A DNA stretch of 64,000 nt, taken from Methyloceanibacter sp. (lineage in GTDB: Bacteria; Pseudomonadota; Alphaproteobacteria; Rhizobiales; Methyloligellaceae). The notes under the pieces were generated by a model. It saw nothing but the letters and a program-made list of their open reading frames with translations. It was not told the DNA's origin and did no database searches. Positions 58,848-64,000 of this stretch are shown piece by piece. Location of the stretch: contig NZ_JBFFQD010000002.1 in NCBI RefSeq assembly GCF_041573655.1, positions 28,062-92,061 of the forward strand, written 5' to 3'. Every line of letters starts with the position of its first letter. The stretch's first letter is position 1. The position numbers were made by a program, and so were the translations under genes.

Positions 58848-59090
58848 TCAGAGCAGCAGGTGGGAGCCGTCGCAATACGGAGGATCGCCCGTGTCCTTGC
58901 ACCCGCACAAAAGCGCCGACTCGGTGCGTTCCGCCGTGAACATGAGAGGCTCGATCCCTGTGCCATCGTGCGAGCCATCGCAAAAGGGCTGCTTCTTGCT
59001 GCGTCCGCAGCGGCACCACGCGTAGCGCTTCCCCGCCTCCAGTTCGACCTGATAGGGGTTGAGCTGCGGGCGCTCCGGTTCTTCCGACAT
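58848..59090 (-). CDS. CDGSH-type iron-sulfur domain protein (two CDGSH motifs)
   Basis: [16 protein letters not shown] and [16 protein letters not shown] both fit C-x-C-x2-(S/T)-x3-P-x-C-D-G-S-H. Confidence 0.85.
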   Translation of the reverse strand: MSEEPERPQLNPYQVELEAGKRYAWCRCGRSKKQPFCDGSHDGTGIEPLMFTAERTESALLCGCKDTGDPPYCDGSHLLL

Positions 59091-59360
59091 GATGTTTCCC
59101 AGCTTTATTTGGCCCAGTCCTTATCCAAAACGCTTAGCCAATTCGTCTGCCTGACACAAGAAAGCGAGAGGATTTCCTGTTGAACGGCTCCCCACGGCTT
59201 TGCCCTACAATAGAGGCGCTCTCGGATGATTCGGCCCCAGCCGGCCCGCCGCGCGCGATTGTGGCGGAAATAGCCAGAAGTCCCTTGAGTCCAAGGCCCA
59301 TCGGCATCATAGAGGGCGAGGGGGGACGCAACAGGGTCGTGTCGATGTTGGAGGCCGCCC

Positions 59361-61847
59361 GTGGCTGAATTGATTTTTGCTGTCGTCGCCCTCGCGGGCT
59401 TCTTCGCGCTGGCGATGAACCGCGTCTCGCTCCGTACCTGGGCGATCGTGATCTTCGTCTTCACGCTCAGCCTGCAGATCGCCTTCGGCTTCCCGTTCTG
59501 GACCTTCGCCGGCTGGCTCATCGCGGGGCTGCTGTTCGCCGGCAGCATGCCCCACCTGAAGCGTCAATACATCACGCTGCCGGTCTATCGCGCGCTCAAA
59601 GGCGCCATGCCGGCGATCTCGGAGACCGAGCGCGAGGCGCTCGAAGCCGGCACCACGGGCTGGGACGCGGAGTTGTTTTCCGGAGCGCCGGACTTCAACA
59701 AGCTGCGCCGCGTGGCGCCGATCACACTCACGGATGAAGAACGCGCCTTCCTCGACGGCCCGACAAACGAATTGTGCAAGCGCCTCGACGATTGGCGCAT
59801 CCGCCATGACCTTCACGACGTGCCGGATGACGTCTGGCAGTTCGTACGCGATCAGGGCTTTCTCGGCATGCTCATCTCCAAGGAGCATGGCGGTCTCGGT
59901 TTCTCCGCGCAGGCGCAATCGCTCGTGCTCGGCAAGATCGCCTCGCGCAGTGCCGACGCCGTCACCATCGTCATGGTGCCGAACTCGCTCGGCCCCGGCG
60001 AGCTGATCGAGAAATACGGCACCGACGCGCAGAAAGATCACTACCTACCGCGGCTGGCCAAGGGGGAGGAGATTCCCTGCTTTGCGCTCACCGGCCCGTT
60101 CTCCGGCTCCGACGCCGCCGCCATGCGCGATGTCGGCATCGTCACCAAAGCCATGCATGACGGCAAGGAGACGCTCGGCATCCGGCTCACTTGGGACAAG
60201 CGCTACATCACGCTCGCACCGAATGCGACACTGCTCGGGCTCGCCTTCCGTTTGTTTGATCCGGACAATCATTTGGGCCGCGGCGAGGACGTCGGCATCA
60301 CCCTGGGGTTGATCCCCACGGATCTTGAGGGCGTGGAGATCGGCCGCCGCCATCTGCCCACGGGCGCTGCGTTCCCCAACGGCCCCACTAAGGGCAAGGA
60401 CGTTTTCGTACCAATCGACCAGATCATCGGCGGCCCCGAAGGGGCCGGCCAGGGCTGGCGCATGCTGATGAGCTGTCTGGCGGCCGGCCGCTCGGTTTCG
60501 CTCCCCGCGACCAGTGCCGCCGCCACCAAGGCAATGGCCCGCCACAGCACGGCCTATGCGCGCATCCGCAAGCAGTTCGGCTTGCCCATCGGTTTTATGG
60601 AGGGCGTCGAGGAGCCGCTGGCCCGTCTGGTGGAGAACGCGTATGGCATGGAGGCCGCGCGCGCCGTCACCTCCTCGATGGTCTCGGCGGGCGAGAAGCC
60701 GGCCGTGATCTCCGCGCTGCTGAAATATGTTTCCACCGAACGTATGCGCCAATCGGTGAACGATGCGCTCGATATCCATGGCGGCCGCGGTGTTTGCGAT
60801 GGCCCGGCCAATTACATCCAGGCGGCCTATCAGATGGCGCCCGTGGGCATCACGGTGGAAGGCGCGAACATTCTGACGCGCACGCTCATCACCTTTGCCC
60901 AAGGCGCATTACGCAGTCACCCCTTCCTCTTCGCCGAGATCGAGGCGCTCCAGGACAAGGACCGCGACCGCGGCATTGAGACCTTCGAGAAGACGTTCGA
61001 TTCCCATCGCGCGTTTTTGTTCTCCAATGCGGCCGGCGCGCTGTTCCACAACGTCACTCTGGGCAGGTTCGCCACGCCGCCGTCGAATACGGGCGACGTA
61101 AGCTATTGGTGGCGTCAATTGGCGCGCGCCGCGCGTTCCTTCGCTTTCGTTGCCGATGTCACCGTGGCGCTTCTCGGCGGCAGCCTGAAGGTGAAGCAGA
61201 AGATCGCCGGCCGCATGGCGGACGCGCTGTCTGAGCTCTATCTGCTGTCTGCGATCCTCAAACGCTACGAAGACGACGGGCGCCAAGCGGCTGACCGCAA
61301 GGTGGTCGACTACTGCGCGCAGAATTGTCTGCACCGGTTCGATGTCGCTTTACGCGGCGTGATCGACAACTTCCCCGCGCGCTGGGCGGCTTGGGCAATG
61401 AAGCCGCTGGTGCTGACTTATGGGTCGCGTGCGCCAGCGAGCGACAAACACGGCAAGGACATCGTACGGCTCGCCCTGAAGCCCGGCGCCTTCCGTGACC
61501 GGTTGACCCGGGAGATCTACGCCCCCGACGATCCTGCCGATCCGATTGGGCTTCTTGAAGCGACGCTTGTCAAAGCGATCGCCTGCGAGGAGGCCGAGAA
61601 GAAGCTGGAACGCGCCATTCGAAAGGGTGAGGTGAGGCGCCTCTATAACACCGATTGGATCAAGGACGCCGAGGAGAAGGGTATCTTGAGCGCAGACGAA
61701 GCGCGCGACCTTGCCAGCTTGCGCGACATGACCGCCCGTGTCATTGCCGTCGACGATTTTGCCGCTGTCGATCTGAAGCACGAAGATAAGACCCTGCAAA
61801 GCGGCGACGCGGATCCGTCCGCCCGCGCGCATATCGCCGCCGAGTAA
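59361..61847 (+). CDS. fadE: Large acyl-CoA dehydrogenase, FadE type
   Basis: GTG start with a GGAGG Shine-Dalgarno. There are N-terminal TM segments, an ACAD core and a long C-terminal domain. At 828 aa the length is typical of FadE. Confidence 0.88.
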   Translation: MAELIFAVVALAGFFALAMNRVSLRTWAIVIFVFTLSLQIAFGFPFWTFAGWLIAGLLFAGSMPHLKRQYITLPVYRALKGAMPAISETEREALEAGTTGWDAELFSGAPDFNKLRRVAPITLTDEERAFLDGPTNELCKRLDDWRIRHDLHDVPDDVWQFVRDQGFLGMLISKEHGGLGFSAQAQSLVLGKIASRSADAVTIVMVPNSLGPGELIEKYGTDAQKDHYLPRLAKGEEIPCFALTGPFSGSDAAAMRDVGIVTKAMHDGKETLGIRLTWDKRYITLAPNATLLGLAFRLFDPDNHLGRGEDVGITLGLIPTDLEGVEIGRRHLPTGAAFPNGPTKGKDVFVPIDQIIGGPEGAGQGWRMLMSCLAAGRSVSLPATSAAATKAMARHSTAYARIRKQFGLPIGFMEGVEEPLARLVENAYGMEAARAVTSSMVSAGEKPAVISALLKYVSTERMRQSVNDALDIHGGRGVCDGPANYIQAAYQMAPVGITVEGANILTRTLITFAQGALRSHPFLFAEIEALQDKDRDRGIETFEKTFDSHRAFLFSNAAGALFHNVTLGRFATPPSNTGDVSYWWRQLARAARSFAFVADVTVALLGGSLKVKQKIAGRMADALSELYLLSAILKRYEDDGRQAADRKVVDYCAQNCLHRFDVALRGVIDNFPARWAAWAMKPLVLTYGSRAPASDKHGKDIVRLALKPGAFRDRLTREIYAPDDPADPIGLLEATLVKAIACEEAEKKLERAIRKGEVRRLYNTDWIKDAEEKGILSADEARDLASLRDMTARVIAVDDFAAVDLKHEDKTLQSGDADPSARAHIAAE

Positions 61848-61856
61848 GACTGGATC

Positions 61857-63857
61857 ATGCAGATTACGCTTCCCGACCTAAAAGACTGGACCTTTTCCGT
61901 CGACCTCGAAGGCATCGCTTGGGCGATCATCGATCGCCAAGGCGAAAGCATGAACTCACTTGGCCGTAGGGCCATCGAGGAACTCGGCGAGGTCGTCGAG
62001 GCGCTGGAGCAGGTGCAGGCCGGCGAGGTCCGGGGTCTCGTGCTCATGAGCGGCAAGGACTCAGGCTTTGTCGCCGGGGCCGACATCCGTGAGTTCGAGG
62101 GCTTCGATACCGAGGAGAAGGTCAGAGACGTCGTCAAGCAGACGATCGAGCTGTTCGACCGCATCGAAGCTTTGCCAATGCCCGTGGTCGTCGCGATTCA
62201 TGGCTACTGCCTTGGCGGGGGGCTGGAGCTAGCCTTGGCCTGCGACTGGCGCATCGCCGACCGCGAGGAGGGGACCAGGCTCGGCTTCCCCGAAGTGAAG
62301 CTCGGCATCTTTCCAGGGCTCAACGGCACCGTCCGCTCCATTCGGGTGGCAGGTCCCATGGACGCGATGACCGCCATGCTGACGGGCAAGATGCTGCGGC
62401 CGGGCGCGGCACGGGCCATGGGCCTCGTCGATCAACTTGTAGCCACGCGCCACAATCTGCGCTGGGCCGCGCGCAAGGCCGTGTTGCAGAAGCGCCGGTC
62501 GAAGGGTGCGCCCTGGTGGAAGAAGCTCATGGCCAAGCAGCCGGTGCGCGGCATGCTGGCCAAACAGATGCGCGCCAAGACGGCGGAGAAGGTGCGCGAG
62601 GACCATTACCCGGCGCCCTTCCGCCTGATCGATCTCTTCGAGCGCCATGGCGATGATCTGGCCGCCATGAAGCGCGCCGAGACGGAGATGTTCGCGCCGC
62701 TGATGGCGAGCGAGACCTCGCGAAACTTGCGCCGCGTGTTCGGGCTGTCGGAGATGCTGAAGGATGCCGCCCCGAAGGACGGCTTCCGCCCGCGTAAAGT
62801 CCACGTCATCGGCGCCGGCACCATGGGCGCGGACATCGCCGCCTGGTGCGTCGTCTCCGGCATGCAGGCGAGCTTGCAGGACCTCGACCAAGGCCAAATC
62901 GAAAAGGGCATCCATCGCGCCAAGAAGCTCTTCAAGAAGCGCTTGCGCGGCAAGACGGCGTTCGACTCCGGCGTTGCGCGCCTGATCGCGGACCCGGGCG
63001 GCAAGCAGATCAAGCATGCCGATGTGATCATCGAAGCGATCATCGAAAAGCTCGACGTGAAGCAGAAACTCTTCGCCGACCTGGAAACCAAGGCAAAGCC
63101 CGGCGCGGTGCTGGCGACAAACACTTCATCGCTCAAGCTGGAGGACATTGCCAAGCCGCTGAAGGATCCGGGGCGCCTGGTCGGACTTCATTTTTTCAAC
63201 CCCGTCGCGCAGCTGCCCTTGGTCGAGGTCGTGCACGGCGAAGGGACGCGCGAGGAGGAGGTCGGCAAGGCCTGCCGCTTCGTCACCGCGATCAACAAGC
63301 TGCCTTTAGTCGTGAAGAGCTGTTCGGGCTTTTTGGTCAACCGCGTGCTCGCGCCCTACATGATGGAGGCCGTGCGGCTCTATCAAGACGGACAGCCACG
63401 CGAGAAGATCGATCAAGCCGCGCTCAAGTTCGGCATGCCCATGGGTCCGATGGAGCTGATGGACATGGTCGGTCTCGACATCTGCAACAAGGTCGGCGAG
63501 GAGCTGAACCTTGCACCGAAGACGGACGGTGCGTCCGACAACGTGCTTGCCTCGCTGGTGAATCAGGGCAAGCTCGGCAAGAAGACGGGCGAGGGCTTCT
63601 ATGTGTGGGAAGACGGCAAGCCGAAGCGCGACGCGGAGGCAACCTTTGACGACGCCGAATTGGCGCGGCTCGGCCGCGAGCTCGTCCAGCCTCTGCTCGA
63701 CGAAGCCGCGCGCGCCGAGGCGGACGGAATCGTCAAGGACGCCGACCACGTCGATGCGGGTGTGATCTTCGGCACGGGTTTCGCGCCGTTCCGCGGCGGT
63801 CCGCTGCACTACCGGAAGAGCCAAGACGCGAACGCTGCCGGCAAGGCCGCAGCATGA
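61857..63857 (+). CDS. Multifunctional enoyl-CoA hydratase / 3-hydroxyacyl-CoA dehydrogenase (FadB/FadJ-like)
   Basis: N-terminal crotonase fold (FVAGADI, GYCLGGGLELALAC) and a C-terminal NAD-binding dehydrogenase (VIGAGTMGADIA, HFFNP). Confidence 0.85.
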   Translation: MQITLPDLKDWTFSVDLEGIAWAIIDRQGESMNSLGRRAIEELGEVVEALEQVQAGEVRGLVLMSGKDSGFVAGADIREFEGFDTEEKVRDVVKQTIELFDRIEALPMPVVVAIHGYCLGGGLELALACDWRIADREEGTRLGFPEVKLGIFPGLNGTVRSIRVAGPMDAMTAMLTGKMLRPGAARAMGLVDQLVATRHNLRWAARKAVLQKRRSKGAPWWKKLMAKQPVRGMLAKQMRAKTAEKVREDHYPAPFRLIDLFERHGDDLAAMKRAETEMFAPLMASETSRNLRRVFGLSEMLKDAAPKDGFRPRKVHVIGAGTMGADIAAWCVVSGMQASLQDLDQGQIEKGIHRAKKLFKKRLRGKTAFDSGVARLIADPGGKQIKHADVIIEAIIEKLDVKQKLFADLETKAKPGAVLATNTSSLKLEDIAKPLKDPGRLVGLHFFNPVAQLPLVEVVHGEGTREEEVGKACRFVTAINKLPLVVKSCSGFLVNRVLAPYMMEAVRLYQDGQPREKIDQAALKFGMPMGPMELMDMVGLDICNKVGEELNLAPKTDGASDNVLASLVNQGKLGKKTGEGFYVWEDGKPKRDAEATFDDAELARLGRELVQPLLDEAARAEADGIVKDADHVDAGVIFGTGFAPFRGGPLHYRKSQDANAAGKAAA

Positions 63858-63873
63858 GGCTGGAAAGGACGTC

Positions 63874-64000
63874 ATGACGCAAATGCCGATGCGGCGTGTC
63901 GCGGTGCTGGGTGGGATGCGAATCCCCTTCTGCCGCTCGCACACCGCTTACGCCGAGCTTTCCAACCTCGACATGCTGACGGCGGCGCTATGCGGGCTCG
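63874..64000 (+). CDS. Acetyl-CoA C-acyltransferase (thiolase, FadA/FadI-like), N-terminal part (3' end outside the window)
   Basis: The ATG at 63874 follows GGAAAGGA. The N-terminus RRVAVLGGMRIPFCRSHTAY is thiolase-like, and the gene follows fadE and the fadB-like gene. Confidence 0.65.
   Translation, partial: MTQMPMRRVAVLGGMRIPFCRSHTAYAELSNLDMLTAALCGL

Overview
No tools were run, so every functional call comes from motifs read in the supplied translations and DNA, and start codons are provisional. The window is GC-rich DNA (by eye around mid-60s percent G+C, not computed). Its gene content and synteny fit an alphaproteobacterial chromosome, most like Hyphomicrobiales/Rhizobiales. About 60 protein-coding genes are dense on both strands and most are core housekeeping. 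These include thiD (partial), an Mla-like lipid ABC system, recA with an alphaproteobacterial LexA box, and alaS, icd, rpsD and grxD-bolA. Also present are purL-purQ-purS-purC, purB, a liv-type branched-chain amino acid ABC operon, and fadE-fadB-fadA (the last partial). I found no tRNA, rRNA, CRISPR array, transposase, integrase or phage gene, so this does not look like an accessory or defence island. I cannot point to a clear, self-contained novel system, and the interest scores reflect that. The items most worth a second look are: (1) a 1150-aa membrane-anchored protein (11720-15172) built from 22-residue apolipoprotein-like repeats, resembling the GPR/RgsE polar-growth scaffold, with a TTAAC-rich promoter region beside it; (2) a membrane-anchored protein whose C-terminal domain resembles a prokaryotic YEATS-like beta-sandwich (20779-21648), next to an ECF sigma/anti-sigma/lipoprotein/methyltransferase group and a ycjX-ycjF pair; (3) two strong orphan intrinsic terminators that imply unannotated RNAs (about 2100-2430 on +, 27153-27418 on -), the second with a CCUCC loop; (4) a sulfotransferase followed by a leaderless periplasmic-binding-protein-fold gene downstream of a CckA-like kinase; (5) a small exported Cys-rich protein beside recA. 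Many long ORFs in the six-frame track are antisense or alternate-frame artefacts of high G+C and were rejected.
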